Of a stretch of DNA of 64,000 nt, positions 30,767 through 41,379 are shown one piece after another (the first letter of the stretch is position 1; every line of letters begins with the position of its first letter). The stretch is taken from assembly GCA_031962025.1 (NCBI GenBank), contig JAVRKW010000002.1; one strand, written 5' to 3'. Under the pieces are notes generated by a model. The model searched no databases and was not told the origin of the DNA. It was given only the letters and a program-made list of their open reading frames with translations. This DNA is from Pseudothermotoga sp. Lineage in GTDB: Bacteria; Thermotogota; Thermotogae; Thermotogales; DSM-5069. Both the position numbers and the translations under genes were made by a program.

Positions 30767-32180
30767 TTTCTTTATTCGAAACTGGCTTGATTTTGTTGTT
30801 GTAATCCTGTGTTTTTTCCTGCTGAAATTACCTCACCTGCCAAATCTGTTCGTTCTGGTAAATGGTTACATCGCGGCGCTGTTTCTGTGGTTTGTGGTTG
30901 TCAAGCCACAGATCAACCAGAAGCCATTTATTCTGCACAGATCGTACTCTATTTTGTTTTATCTCATCATTTTGTCAGGTGCTCTTTTGGCGAGAGTTTT
31001 GACAGAGCAATTTGGCTCTTACATATCACCTTTTTTTATTCCAATCACTCTGGTTGCACTTTTATACAACAGAGAACTGGCTATAGTGGCGTCGATTTAT
31101 TTATCAGTGGTTTTTTCAACGGCTTTTGGATTCAACAGCATTGGATTTGCCATGATGTTAACCACCTGTCTGGTCACAGCGGTGATGGGTTCAAAGATTG
31201 AAAAACGCATGCAGGTTGCAAAATCTGCCTTTTTCGTTGCTTTGATTTCGATAACCTTTTACCTGTTGCACAGTCGAATACAGGGCATGAAACCAGATTA
31301 TTTACAGATTTTAATTGCTTTTTTCACACCTTTTATTTCTTCAATCATCTGCATAGGTCTTCTTCCATTCATAGAATATGCGAGTATGATATATTCCAAT
31401 ATTGATCTGATAGAACTCGGTAATCTGAACAACCCTTTGTTGAAGACACTATCTTTGAGAGCTCCGGGTACTTATTATCACTCCTCGATGGTTGCAAATC
31501 TCGCTGAAGCTGCGGCTCAGAGAATAGGTGCAAATGCCATCTTAGCAAGAACGGCATCGTATTTTCACGATGTCGGCAAAGCAAAAAGACCGTATTTCTA
31601 TACCGAGAACATCTACCAGGAAAATCCTCACGATGAACTCAGTCCGAAGTTGAGTCATCTGATCATTCAGGATCACGTTAAATCGGGTTTAGAGATGGCA
31701 AAAAGAAACAGATTACCACTCCTTGTACAGGATGTGATCCCACAGCACCATGGTACACGTGTGCAAAAGTATTTCTATAACAAATCAAAGGAACTTGGCG
31801 AACAGTTGAGCGAAAATGAATTTCGTTATCCCGGTCCAAAACCGCAGTTTAAAGAAGCAGGTATAATAATGTTAGCCGATGCAGTTGAAGCAGCTGCAAG
31901 GAGCCTGAAGAACCCTTCTGCAGGACGCGTCCAAACAATGGTTGAGGAGATAATATCAGGCATATACAACGAGAGAGAACTGGATGAATCCGGGTTGACT
32001 TTGAAGGACCTGGAAGCGATTGCAGAGGAATTCACCAAGGTTTTACTCAATATGTTCAAGAGCCGCATAGAATATCCAAAAGAGGAAATAAAGAAGGTGA
32101 TAAGCCTTGCCCAGAATTCAAATAATCAACAGGACAAAAAGTCCGGTAAACAGAACACTGATCAGGAAAGTGGCAAATGA
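30750..32180 (+). CDS. 7TM-HD family phosphohydrolase (PgpH-like c-di-AMP phosphodiesterase)
   Basis: Multiple TMs, APGTYYHS, HDVGK, QHHGT, ADAVEAA; conserved phoH-HD-ybeY order. Confidence 0.85.
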   Translation: MKKAADFFIRNWLDFVVVILCFFLLKLPHLPNLFVLVNGYIAALFLWFVVVKPQINQKPFILHRSYSILFYLIILSGALLARVLTEQFGSYISPFFIPITLVALLYNRELAIVASIYLSVVFSTAFGFNSIGFAMMLTTCLVTAVMGSKIEKRMQVAKSAFFVALISITFYLLHSRIQGMKPDYLQILIAFFTPFISSIICIGLLPFIEYASMIYSNIDLIELGNLNNPLLKTLSLRAPGTYYHSSMVANLAEAAAQRIGANAILARTASYFHDVGKAKRPYFYTENIYQENPHDELSPKLSHLIIQDHVKSGLEMAKRNRLPLLVQDVIPQHHGTRVQKYFYNKSKELGEQLSENEFRYPGPKPQFKEAGIIMLADAVEAAARSLKNPSAGRVQTMVEEIISGIYNERELDESGLTLKDLEAIAEEFTKVLLNMFKSRIEYPKEEIKKVISLAQNSNNQQDKKSGKQNTDQESGK

Positions 32181-32529
32181 GATTTTGAAAAATGAAATTG
32201 GCGAAGTGAAGGTGAACATAATTTTCATTGGAGAAAAACGCATGAGAGATCTCAACAAAAATTATAGAAAGATCGATTCACCAACCGATGTGCTTACTTT
32301 TGTTTACAACGACATGGATCTATTTGGAGAGATATTCATCTGTCCAAAGCAGGTAGAGAAGAATGCGGAGAAATTCAGACAGCCTTATTTAACTGAACTG
32401 GTAAGGGTTGTGATACATTCCTGCCTTCATTTGAGTGGTTACGATCATGAATTGAGTGATAACAGATCAGAAGAAATGTTTAACAAGCAGGAAAAATATC
32501 TAAAGGAGGTTGAAAAGCATGATCGTTAA
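32107..32529 (+). CDS. ybeY: Endoribonuclease YbeY
   Basis: PTDVLTF, HSCLHLSGYDH. Confidence 0.93.
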   Translation: MPRIQIINRTKSPVNRTLIRKVANEILKNEIGEVKVNIIFIGEKRMRDLNKNYRKIDSPTDVLTFVYNDMDLFGEIFICPKQVEKNAEKFRQPYLTELVRVVIHSCLHLSGYDHELSDNRSEEMFNKQEKYLKEVEKHDR

Positions 32530-33754
32530 GCCATTCATGGCGTTGAGACCTAAGAAAGAGTTTGCCCAGAAAGTGGCTGTGAAACCATACGATGTGATAA
32601 GCTCTCAGGACGCAAAAAAGGTTGTGCAGAATAACCCGTATTCTTTTTACAAAGTGACAAAACCGGAAGTGAACTTCGACGAACAGGTCGAACCGTCTTC
32701 TGACAAGGCACTTGAAGCAGCAAAGAAAAATCTTCAATGGTTTGTTGATTCTGGGATCTTTTTCCAGGATCGTGAATCTTTTTACATATACAAGCAAGTT
32801 GCAAAAGACCATACTCAAATAGGTTTGGTTGCGACCTTCTCAGTTGATGAATATCTCACAGACCGCATAAAAAAACACGAACTGACCAGAAAAGACAAAG
32901 AGGAAGAAAGGGCAAAACACATAAATTATCTGAGAGCTCAAACCGGACCGGTTTTCCTGATGTACCGTTCCCGCGAGGAAATAGATAGTTATATAGAAAA
33001 TCTCGCTCAGGGAGAACCTGAGTACGACTTTTTTGATGAAGATGGTATCAGACAGGTCGTGTACGTGATTCAGGATAAAAAGGTTATTGAAAAGATAAAA
33101 ACACTTTTTGGTACAGTCGACAGTTTTTACATAGCAGATGGTCATCACCGGGCTGCTTCTGCGGTAAGGGTTGCACAGCTTCTCAGGCAGGAAAGTAAGA
33201 CATTCACGGGGAACGAAGAGTACAATTTCTTCCTAGCAGTTCTTTTCCCGCACAGGCATCTACGCATATACGATTACAATCGGGTTGTCAGAGATTTAAA
33301 TGGTATGAGTGAACAGGAGTTTTTCTCAAAAATAGAAAAGGTTTTTGAGGTATCTCTTTCAAAAGAAGGTGCGTACAGACCTCAGAAAAAACACGAGTTT
33401 GGAATGTATATAAATGGAAAATGGTACAGGCTGGTGCTGAGGAAAAATCTAATAGACGATTCTGATCCCATAAAATCCTTGGATGTTTCAATCTTGCAGG
33501 AACATGTTTTAGATAGCATTCTTGGGATAAAAGACCCCAGAACCGATAAGAGGATAGATTTCATCGGTGGTATTCACGGTTTACAGGCTTTACAGGACTA
33601 TGTTGACAAAAAAGGCTGGGCAGTTGCATTTTCGCTCTATCCGACATCGATAGAAGATTTGATGAAAGTCTCGGATTCTGGTAAGATAATGCCACCGAAA
33701 TCGACCTGGTTTGAACCAAAATTGAAAAGTGGACTTTTTGTTCACTTGATTTGA
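32519..33754 (+). CDS. DUF1015 family protein
   Basis: PYDVI, IKKHELT, IADGHHR, MPPKSTWFEPKL. Confidence 0.88.
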   Translation: MIVKPFMALRPKKEFAQKVAVKPYDVISSQDAKKVVQNNPYSFYKVTKPEVNFDEQVEPSSDKALEAAKKNLQWFVDSGIFFQDRESFYIYKQVAKDHTQIGLVATFSVDEYLTDRIKKHELTRKDKEEERAKHINYLRAQTGPVFLMYRSREEIDSYIENLAQGEPEYDFFDEDGIRQVVYVIQDKKVIEKIKTLFGTVDSFYIADGHHRAASAVRVAQLLRQESKTFTGNEEYNFFLAVLFPHRHLRIYDYNRVVRDLNGMSEQEFFSKIEKVFEVSLSKEGAYRPQKKHEFGMYINGKWYRLVLRKNLIDDSDPIKSLDVSILQEHVLDSILGIKDPRTDKRIDFIGGIHGLQALQDYVDKKGWAVAFSLYPTSIEDLMKVSDSGKIMPPKSTWFEPKLKSGLFVHLI

Positions 33755-33817
33755 AGATTGAGCAAAGATTCGAACGGTTTTCAAATGTGAAATGTCCTAA
33801 TCGAAGGAGGTGAAATT

Positions 33818-34507
33818 GTGTTCTTTTATGATCCGACTTTCATACTTCTCATACCTGCACTGTTACTGGCTGTATGGGCTCAAATCAAGGTCAGTGCTGC
33901 TTTCTCCGAATATTCAAAAGTGAGATCTTCCACGGGCTTCACTGGCAGTCAGCTTGCCATGAGGTTACTTGATAGTGCTGGCATCTACGATGTGCGAGTT
34001 GAATCGATGCCCGGGCATCTGACAGACCATTACGATCCGAGAGTAAAGGTTGTGAGGCTTTCCGCTTCCACTTATGCAAGTCCTTCTGTGGCTGCTCTCG
34101 GTGTTGTTGCTCATGAGATCGGTCATGCGATCCAGCATGCTCAGAAAAACCCGGCTCTTGTATTTCGAACAATTCTCGCACCGGTTGCCAATCTAGGATC
34201 GTCCCTTGCTTGGATCCTGTTCATCATGGGACTTATCTTTGCACTGCCTGCGCTGTGGCAGTTTGGTATCATACTCTTTTCTTTGGCTGTGCTGTTCAGT
34301 TTGATCACACTGCCCGTGGAATACGATGCGAGCAAAAAAGCGATGAAGTTGCTTAAAGAAAACATCATGATGTCTGAAGAGGAACTTAAAGGAGTCAGAA
34401 AGGTCCTGAGTGCAGCAGCCTTGACGTATGTCGCAGCAACCGCTATGTCTGTTTTACAGCTTTTGAGAATGCTCCTAATTGCCGGTGCATTCGGCAGAAG
34501 AGACTGA
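33818..34507 (+). CDS. Neutral zinc metallopeptidase (YugP-like)
   Basis: LTDHYDP, HEIGH, TLPVEYDAS, AALTYV. Confidence 0.9.
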   Translation: MFFYDPTFILLIPALLLAVWAQIKVSAAFSEYSKVRSSTGFTGSQLAMRLLDSAGIYDVRVESMPGHLTDHYDPRVKVVRLSASTYASPSVAALGVVAHEIGHAIQHAQKNPALVFRTILAPVANLGSSLAWILFIMGLIFALPALWQFGIILFSLAVLFSLITLPVEYDASKKAMKLLKENIMMSEEELKGVRKVLSAAALTYVAATAMSVLQLLRMLLIAGAFGRRD

Positions 34508-34530
34508 GAGAAAGCCGTGGGGGGCTTTTT

Positions 34531-35424
34531 TTGAAGAAGATAACGATCAAAGACATTGCCGATATCGCAGGTGTGTCTATTTCAACGGTATCTCGTGTTC
34601 TGAACAAAAAGGGGAATGTTGATCCCCAGCTTAGAGAAAAGGTTTTGCAGGTGATAAAGGACACGGGTTTTCAGCCGAGCAGTTTTGCCCGTTCCTTTAG
34701 AAAAAATTCCGTGCAGGTTGATGTGGTACTCGATAAATGGGAAGAGCAGTATTTGAGAGTGCTGTATGGACTGGTTCAGAGCCTGTGGAATGAGCAGATC
34801 TCAACCAGTATTAAGACAGATTTGAACAATCTGGGTGATGTCGTCGTTGCAATTGGTGAAGAATTCGATGTTAGATTTAATACCTCAATGATGATTGGTC
34901 AAGAATCATCATCCTGTTCGGTTATCTTTGATTATTTTTCAACGATCGATCTTTTGATAAAAGATTTGCTCAAAAAAGGTGTAAAGAGATTTGCATTTTT
35001 GTGTGAGAACCTGTCCAATTACAGAGCTTGTAAACTGTACAGTACATTTATGAAAGCCATGTTTCAGCACAGGATTGACTCTTACGATGTAAAGGTACTC
35101 AATTCGAAAAGTCCTTATGATGCCATCATGGAATTGACAGTCCTGCCGGATACGATTTTTTGTAGCAAAGACGACATAGCAGCGGGTGTAATAAGGGTTT
35201 TGAAAAACGAAGGTGTAAAGATACCACAGCAGGTTTCAGTTGTTGGATATGGAAATTTTGCCTTTGGAAGTCTTTTAGAACCAGCGCTGAGCAGTGTGGA
35301 GTACATGAACGAGGAGACTGGAAAAATCTGCGGTCAGTACTTGATCAAAATGATCAGAGGCGAGCAGGTGCCTGAAAGGATAATTCTGAGCACGAGACTG
35401 GTAAAAAGAGAGAGTGTTTTATGA
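34531..35424 (+). CDS. LacI family transcriptional regulator
   Basis: TIKDIADIAGVSISTVSRVLN; IPQQVSVVGY. Confidence 0.9.
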   Translation: MKKITIKDIADIAGVSISTVSRVLNKKGNVDPQLREKVLQVIKDTGFQPSSFARSFRKNSVQVDVVLDKWEEQYLRVLYGLVQSLWNEQISTSIKTDLNNLGDVVVAIGEEFDVRFNTSMMIGQESSSCSVIFDYFSTIDLLIKDLLKKGVKRFAFLCENLSNYRACKLYSTFMKAMFQHRIDSYDVKVLNSKSPYDAIMELTVLPDTIFCSKDDIAAGVIRVLKNEGVKIPQQVSVVGYGNFAFGSLLEPALSSVEYMNEETGKICGQYLIKMIRGEQVPERIILSTRLVKRESVL

Positions 35425-36245
35425 AAAAAGCTGTATTTTTGCTGTTGATCGTCACGTTCATATGGGGTTTAACTTTTCCCATACAAAAAATTGCGCTGCA
35501 AGGAATTAACCCGTTTTTCTACAATTTTTTGAGATTTCTGGTCGCATTCCTTTTAACCATTGTCTTTTTCAGAAAAAAGCCTTCCTGGAGAAAAGGACTG
35601 ATTTTAGGTTTTTTCCTGGCTGTTGCATACGCAACTCAAACAAGTGGCTTGAAAATAACAAGCTCGACCAAGAGTGGATTTATAACCTCCCTTTATATAC
35701 CATTTGTGCCATTTTTTTCATACTTCATAGAGAAAAGCAAACCGACTCTGTCCCAGGTGATTTCTTTTCTGATTTCCGTTGTTGGGCTTTACATGCTCAA
35801 CGATCCATCGAAAGATCCTTTCAACGTCGGTGATCTTTTAACGTTGATCTGTGCCGTGGCTTTTTCAATTCATGTGGTTCTGATAACTCATTTTACAAAA
35901 GCCAAAGATGATGAGATATCTCTCCTTGCACCGCAGTTTTTGCTGACAGCTCTTATAAATTTTGTATTGAGCCCGATTGGTGGTGATTTGAAAATCAACG
36001 CCGCAGCAACTTATGCGCTCATGTTCACGGCATTCTTTGCTACGATCTTTGCGGTCTGGGTGCAACTCAAGTTTCAAAAGCATGTTGGTTCAAATATTTC
36101 TGCTTTGATATACGTTGGAGAACCGGTTTTCGCGGCTTTGTTTTCGTTTTTGATGCTATCTGAAAAAATGTCTCTGGTTCAGTTTATCGGTATGATCTTG
36201 CTGATTTTTGCCATGATTGTAGGAGTTATCAGAAAAGCCAGTTGA
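35421..36245 (+). CDS. DMT/EamA family transporter
   Basis: About 10 TM; IWG...SGFITSL...EPVF. Confidence 0.88.
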   Translation: MKKAVFLLLIVTFIWGLTFPIQKIALQGINPFFYNFLRFLVAFLLTIVFFRKKPSWRKGLILGFFLAVAYATQTSGLKITSSTKSGFITSLYIPFVPFFSYFIEKSKPTLSQVISFLISVVGLYMLNDPSKDPFNVGDLLTLICAVAFSIHVVLITHFTKAKDDEISLLAPQFLLTALINFVLSPIGGDLKINAAATYALMFTAFFATIFAVWVQLKFQKHVGSNISALIYVGEPVFAALFSFLMLSEKMSLVQFIGMILLIFAMIVGVIRKAS

Positions 36246-36255
36246 GGTGATTTTG

Positions 36256-36756
36256 ATGAGCGTTATTTACCAAAGAAGGAGTATCAGAAAATATCAGGAC
36301 AGAGAAGTTGAAGATGAGCTTGTTTTAGAGATCATAAAAGCGGCAATGTACGCACCATCTGCCGGTAACGAACAGCCCTGGCATTTTATCGTGATAAAAA
36401 ACAGAGAAATAAAACAAAAGATCGCTCAAATACATCCCTATGCGAAGATGCTTTTGAAAGCACCAGTGGCTGTTGTTGTTTGTGCCGATCTGAATCTGAT
36501 CAAATACGGTGATTTCTGGGTTCAGGATTGTTCTGCAGCCACACAGAACATGCTTTTAAGAGCGACTGAACTTGGACTTGGCACTGTGTGGTGTGGTATT
36601 TATCCTGATCAGGAAAGGGTGAAGGGCTTGGGAACATTGCTGAACCTGCCTGATCATGTGGTAGCTTTCTCGCTGGTCTGTGTCGGATATCCAGCCGAAA
36701 AGCCTGAGCCTGTTGACAGGTTCAAAAAAGATCGTATACATTTTGAAAGGTGGTAG
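36256..36756 (+). CDS. Nitroreductase family protein
   Basis: RRSIRKY, APSAGNEQPW, GLGTVW. Confidence 0.9.
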   Translation: MSVIYQRRSIRKYQDREVEDELVLEIIKAAMYAPSAGNEQPWHFIVIKNREIKQKIAQIHPYAKMLLKAPVAVVVCADLNLIKYGDFWVQDCSAATQNMLLRATELGLGTVWCGIYPDQERVKGLGTLLNLPDHVVAFSLVCVGYPAEKPEPVDRFKKDRIHFERW

Positions 36757-36759
36757 AGC

Positions 36760-37617
36760 ATGTTCGAAAAAAAGATCGCCCTTGAATCCACGGTTATTGC
36801 ACACGGTTTGCCAAAACCGGTCAATATAAAAGTGGCACTCGAACTCGAACAAATAGTAAGGCAAAACGACTGCACACCGTGTACTGTTGGCATCATCGAT
36901 GGTCAGATCAAGGTCGGTTTGAGCAAAGAAGAGATAATTGAAATCGGTACGAGAAACGATGTGATAAAGGTTGGCACTGCGGAAATACCGGTTGCAGTGG
37001 CTCTGAAAAAATCTGCCGCGACGACGGTGAGTGCAACTATGCGTATTGCTCATCTGAATGGGATAAGGGTCTTTGCAACGGGCGGTATAGGAGGTGTTCA
37101 TTCAACTGAACACTGGGATGTATCACAGGATTTGATGGAACTTGCAAAAACCAGGATGATAGTTGTAAGTGCTGGACCAAAGTCGATTCTGGATCTACAA
37201 TCGACTGTGGAGATGCTCGAAAGTTTACAGGTTACTGTTGTTGGGTATAGAACAGACAGACTGCCTGCTTTTTACTGCAAATCCACAGATCTGAAGATCA
37301 CAAAAGTCGATAGTGCAGAACAAATTGCTTCGATTTTTCTGCAAAAAGAAAAACTGGATCTGTCCGGTGCATTGCTCGTCTTCAATCCCATTCCAGAGGA
37401 TCATGCGATCGAACAGGAAGAGTTTGAAAAATGGCAGCAGATGGCTCAAAGAGATCTTCAAAGATCTGGTATCGAGGGCAAGGATGTCACTCCGTTTTTA
37501 CTCTCAAGATTAGCCTACTATTCCAATGGGAAAACTGTTCAGAGCAACATTGAGCTTCTCAAAAACAACGTGAAGCTTGCCTGTGATATTGTCAATCAGC
37601 TCTGGAAAATGCAGTAG
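36760..37617 (+). CDS. psuG: Pseudouridine-5'-phosphate glycosidase
   Basis: ALESTVIAHG, ATTVSATM, ATGGIGGVH, GKDVTPFLL. Confidence 0.92.
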   Translation: MFEKKIALESTVIAHGLPKPVNIKVALELEQIVRQNDCTPCTVGIIDGQIKVGLSKEEIIEIGTRNDVIKVGTAEIPVAVALKKSAATTVSATMRIAHLNGIRVFATGGIGGVHSTEHWDVSQDLMELAKTRMIVVSAGPKSILDLQSTVEMLESLQVTVVGYRTDRLPAFYCKSTDLKITKVDSAEQIASIFLQKEKLDLSGALLVFNPIPEDHAIEQEEFEKWQQMAQRDLQRSGIEGKDVTPFLLSRLAYYSNGKTVQSNIELLKNNVKLACDIVNQLWKMQ

Positions 37618-37626
37618 ATATCCGCT

Positions 37627-39045
37627 CTATTCCACAGTGTGCACCTTCAACATGTTAGTTGTGCCCACTACACCGCACGGCGCACCGGAGGTCACAACGA
37701 CGATATCAGAGCTATCGACGTATCCAAGGGATTTCACTTTTTCAACCGCAACGTGGATCATTATATCCGTCGAGTGGACCTCCGGGACGAGTATTGGAAT
37801 AACTCCCCACACAATCGAGAGCTGATTGAAGGTATCCTGGTCCGGTGTTGTTGCGATGATCGGACACAGCGGTCTGAAATGAGATACTCTTCGGGCTGTA
37901 CTTCCAGAAGCGGTCGAGGTTATTATTGCCTTTGCCTTTATTTCTTCAGCCACGTAATAACAGGATTTTGCTATCGCTTCGGAAGGATCTTCAGTCTGTT
38001 CAAAATGTCTGTAGGTAGTAATTGTCCTGTTGTCTTTGAGGTGTTTTTCCACGTTTTCGATGATCTTGTTTGCCATCTGGACAACCTGCAACGGGTAATT
38101 GCCTACGGCTGTTTCCGATGTGAACAGGATGGCATCAGCCGTGTCGAACACCGCACTTGCTACATCTATCACTTCTGCTCTTGTTGGATATTGATTTTCA
38201 ACCATCGATCCCAGGATCTGTGTCGCTATGATAACCGGTATTCTGTATTTGGATGCCACCTGTATGATTTTTTTCTGAACAACGGGCAGTTCTTCCAACG
38301 AGGTTTCTGCCGCAAGATCCCCCCTTGCAATTATCACTCCATCGCTGTTTTCACAGATCTGGTCGATATCTTCCACTGCCTTTTTGGTTTCTATTTTTGC
38401 GATTACTCCGGCACCTGGATTGATCGATTCGATAATTCTCCGTGCTTCTTTCACGTCTTTTGAGTTTTTAACAAACGAGAGGCAGAAAAAGTTGACCGAC
38501 ATTTTTCCACACTCATTTATTATTCTTTTGTCTTCTTCGCTCAATGCGGGAATTGATAGATCAGACTCAGGCAAGTTCACACCACAATTTTTTTTGATCA
38601 CTCCCGGCACTTCAACAACGCATTCGATCTTTTTGCCGGAGATTTTCGTGACCCTCAGTCTTATTTTTCCATCGTCGATCAATATGGGATCGTCAACTTT
38701 GACTTCTTGGGCTAATCTTGGGTAGTCGATACTGATTAGCCCTTTTGTAGATGTCGTTTTTTCTGTCGTTATTGTCACTTTTTCTGCATAAGATAATTCA
38801 ATGAACTCTTCTTTCTGCTCCCCGGTTCTCAACTTAGAACCGGGCAGATCTACAATGATCGCCACAGGTATGTTCATATCATCTCTGATTTCTTTGACGG
38901 TATCTATGATTTTTTTGAGTTTTTCTGTGTCATAGTGAACAGCATTGAGTCTGATACCATTCACACCAGCCTGCAGCAGTTGTTTAATTGTCTGTGGATC
39001 TTCTGTTTTTGGACCTATAGTGCATATTATCTTTGATTTTCTCAT
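37627..39045 (-). CDS. pyk: Pyruvate kinase
   Basis: KIICTIGP, AKIE, ARGDL, ATQ, PTRAE, GTTN. Confidence 0.93.
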   Translation of the reverse strand: MRKSKIICTIGPKTEDPQTIKQLLQAGVNGIRLNAVHYDTEKLKKIIDTVKEIRDDMNIPVAIIVDLPGSKLRTGEQKEEFIELSYAEKVTITTEKTTSTKGLISIDYPRLAQEVKVDDPILIDDGKIRLRVTKISGKKIECVVEVPGVIKKNCGVNLPESDLSIPALSEEDKRIINECGKMSVNFFCLSFVKNSKDVKEARRIIESINPGAGVIAKIETKKAVEDIDQICENSDGVIIARGDLAAETSLEELPVVQKKIIQVASKYRIPVIIATQILGSMVENQYPTRAEVIDVASAVFDTADAILFTSETAVGNYPLQVVQMANKIIENVEKHLKDNRTITTYRHFEQTEDPSEAIAKSCYYVAEEIKAKAIITSTASGSTARRVSHFRPLCPIIATTPDQDTFNQLSIVWGVIPILVPEVHSTDIMIHVAVEKVKSLGYVDSSDIVVVTSGAPCGVVGTTNMLKVHTVE

Positions 39046-39054
39046 TCTCTCACC

Positions 39055-40014
39055 TCAGGAGAGAATGTATGTCAATTGATAAAGCGATAAATCCAGGGTC
39101 TTTTTTTCTTTGAGTACATCTTCTATCGGTACAGTGACGATCTTTCCAAATTGCAGAGCTGTCATAACACAGCTTTTTTTCTCAAGGAGTGCTTTAACAG
39201 CCTCTGCACCCATTCGGGTTGCCAGTAGCCTGTCAAATGCCGTTGGGCTTCCGCCGCGCTGTATGTGACCAAGTATCGATATTCGTGTTTCATATCCGAT
39301 TTTGTCCTGAAGGTTCTTTGCCACATTGAGAGCTCCTCCGGCGCCTTCTGCGACCACTATGATGCAGTTTATTTTTCCCCTTTTTCTTTCTTCAAGCAAT
39401 CTTGCGGCTAATTTGTCCCAATCTATGGGTATCTCGGGTACGATTGCAGCTTCTGCACCTGTTGCAAGTGCGGCATTGAGAGCGATATAACCGGAAGACC
39501 TTCCCATCACTTCAACGATGAACGCCCGTTCATGTGAAGTTGCAGTGTCTTTCAGCTTTTGAATGGCTTCAACAACTGTATTTAAGCACGTATCCACACC
39601 CACGCACATGTCGGTTTGTGATATATCGTTGTCTATGGTACCGGGTATTCCAACAACTGGTATGTGATGCTCCTGGTACAGAAGTTTTGCACCCGTTAAG
39701 CTCCCTTCACCACCTATAACGACCAGTCCTTCTATGCCAGCAGCTTTTAACTGCTCAGCAGCCTTTTCCCTGCCTTCTTTTGTGTAGAACTCACCGCATC
39801 TGCTTGTTCTGAGAATCGTTCCACCTCTTTCCATGATACCTGCGACATCTGGAAAATGCATTTCCCTGAACGCACCGTCTATCAGTCCGCAATAGCCTCT
39901 TTCTATTCCGATGACTCTCAGGTCATTTCTCACTGCGAATCTCACAACGGCTCTGATAGCCGCGTTCATACCCGGTGAATCTCCACCACTTGTTAACACA
40001 CCTATGGTTTTCAC
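39055..40014 (-). CDS. pfkA: ATP-dependent 6-phosphofructokinase
   Basis: [13 protein letters not shown] and PGTIDND (ATP-type Gly/Gly), EVMGR, GHIQRGG. Confidence 0.95.
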   Translation of the reverse strand: MKTIGVLTSGGDSPGMNAAIRAVVRFAVRNDLRVIGIERGYCGLIDGAFREMHFPDVAGIMERGGTILRTSRCGEFYTKEGREKAAEQLKAAGIEGLVVIGGEGSLTGAKLLYQEHHIPVVGIPGTIDNDISQTDMCVGVDTCLNTVVEAIQKLKDTATSHERAFIVEVMGRSSGYIALNAALATGAEAAIVPEIPIDWDKLAARLLEERKRGKINCIIVVAEGAGGALNVAKNLQDKIGYETRISILGHIQRGGSPTAFDRLLATRMGAEAVKALLEKKSCVMTALQFGKIVTVPIEDVLKEKKTLDLSLYQLTYILS

Positions 40015-40076
40015 TTTTTGTCACCTCCTGGTGTAAAATCGATACTGGATTGATTATACAACGGGAGGAAGTTACC

Positions 40077-40301
40077 TTGTGGAAGGTCCTGATACAGGAA
40101 ATTGATTTGACAACGGCAAATATTGTAAAATCTCTGCTTCAGGAAAATGGTATACAGGTCCTGATCAAACCGGGTAGTTTTGATCCGGTCATCTTCGGTC
40201 AGGGTGGGCTGGTTCAGATAATGGTCATGGAAGATGATCTGCAAAAAGCTCAACAGATAATTAAGGAGGCGCTTAGAAGTGAAGAGAACACCTCTTTATG
40301 A
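40077..40301 (+). CDS. Small DUF2007-like protein
   Basis: TTG start after GGAGG; ANIVKSLLQENGI...IMVMEDDLQKA. Confidence 0.7.
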   Translation: MWKVLIQEIDLTTANIVKSLLQENGIQVLIKPGSFDPVIFGQGGLVQIMVMEDDLQKAQQIIKEALRSEENTSL

Positions 40302-41367
40302 GAATCACATTTCTTTAAAAGCAAAAATGGTTGATTTTGCGGGCTGGGAGATGCCTCTTCAGTATGAAGGTATTACCAGCGAGGTCATGAATGTGAGAAA
40401 AAACGTTGGAATTTTCGATGTTTCTCACATGGGTGAAATCGTCGTTGAAGGAGAAGACACTGTGAGATTTGTTGACCATCTGCTTACAAATTCTTTTGGG
40501 TCTTTAAAGGTTGGTCAGGTGATGTACACAACCATGTGCAATGAAAAAGGCGGAATCATAGACGATCTACTTGCTTACAGATTGGGTGAAAAGCGGGCGA
40601 TGCTCGTTGTGAATGCAGCCAATACAGATAAAGATTTCAAATGGATTGTTGAAAAATCAGCCGGCTTTGACGTGAAAGTCACCGACCTTTCAATGGAATA
40701 CGGACTCATAGCAGTTCAGGGACCGATGAGCGAGCAATTTTTGAGAAAGTTTTCGCCGGACATCGTTAGTCTATCCTATTACACCTTTGGTAGCTATACG
40801 ATCTTTGGCAAGTACTGTATCATTTCCAGAACAGGCTACACCGGTGAGGATGGTTTTGAAATATACTGCAGATGGAATGACACTCCATTCATATGGAATG
40901 AATTGCTCTTACGCGGAGAAGATCTGAACGTTAAGCCGGCAGGGCTTGGTGCCAGAGATATCTGCAGACTCGAAGCTTCGTATATGCTTTACGGTAATGA
41001 CATGGACGATAGTGTAACCCCATTGGAGGCAGGGCTTTCATGGGTTGTGAAGTTTGATAAGGATTTCATAGGTAAAGATAGTCTTTTGAAGCAAAAAGAG
41101 GAAGGCTTGAGAAGAAGAATAAGGGGCTTGGAAATTCTGGACAAGAGAATCGCAAGACATGGTATGGAAGTTTTCAAAGACGGAGAAAAAGTAGGTGTGA
41201 TAACAAGTGGTGGCTTTTCACCTACTCTGAGCAAATCGATAGCACTTGCCATGCTTGACAATCGGATGAAACTTTCAGACGAGGTCGAAGTTGACATAAG
41301 AGGAGTGAGGGTGAAGGCAAGGGTTGTGAAATTACCTTTCTATAGAGGATCGGTAAAAACTTCATAG
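40279..41367 (+). CDS. gcvT: Glycine cleavage system aminomethyltransferase T
   Basis: FAGWEMP, FDVSHMG, RTGYTGEDGFE, RLEA. Confidence 0.96.
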   Translation: MKRTPLYENHISLKAKMVDFAGWEMPLQYEGITSEVMNVRKNVGIFDVSHMGEIVVEGEDTVRFVDHLLTNSFGSLKVGQVMYTTMCNEKGGIIDDLLAYRLGEKRAMLVVNAANTDKDFKWIVEKSAGFDVKVTDLSMEYGLIAVQGPMSEQFLRKFSPDIVSLSYYTFGSYTIFGKYCIISRTGYTGEDGFEIYCRWNDTPFIWNELLLRGEDLNVKPAGLGARDICRLEASYMLYGNDMDDSVTPLEAGLSWVVKFDKDFIGKDSLLKQKEEGLRRRIRGLEILDKRIARHGMEVFKDGEKVGVITSGGFSPTLSKSIALAMLDNRMKLSDEVEVDIRGVRVKARVVKLPFYRGSVKTS

Positions 41368-41379
41368 GAGGTGTAAGGA

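Noticed and set aside
37639..38463. 274-aa plus-strand ORF
   Set aside because: Entirely antisense to pyk; composition typical of shadow frames.
37627..39045. Pyruvate kinase as an inactive variant (RLNAVH, FTSETA deviations)
   Set aside because: Core catalytic motifs AKIE, RGD, TQ and TRAE are intact; deviations look lineage-typical.
40015..40076. Glycine riboswitch before the gcv operon
   Set aside because: Only about 60 nt of divergent intergenic space; no aptamer motifs.
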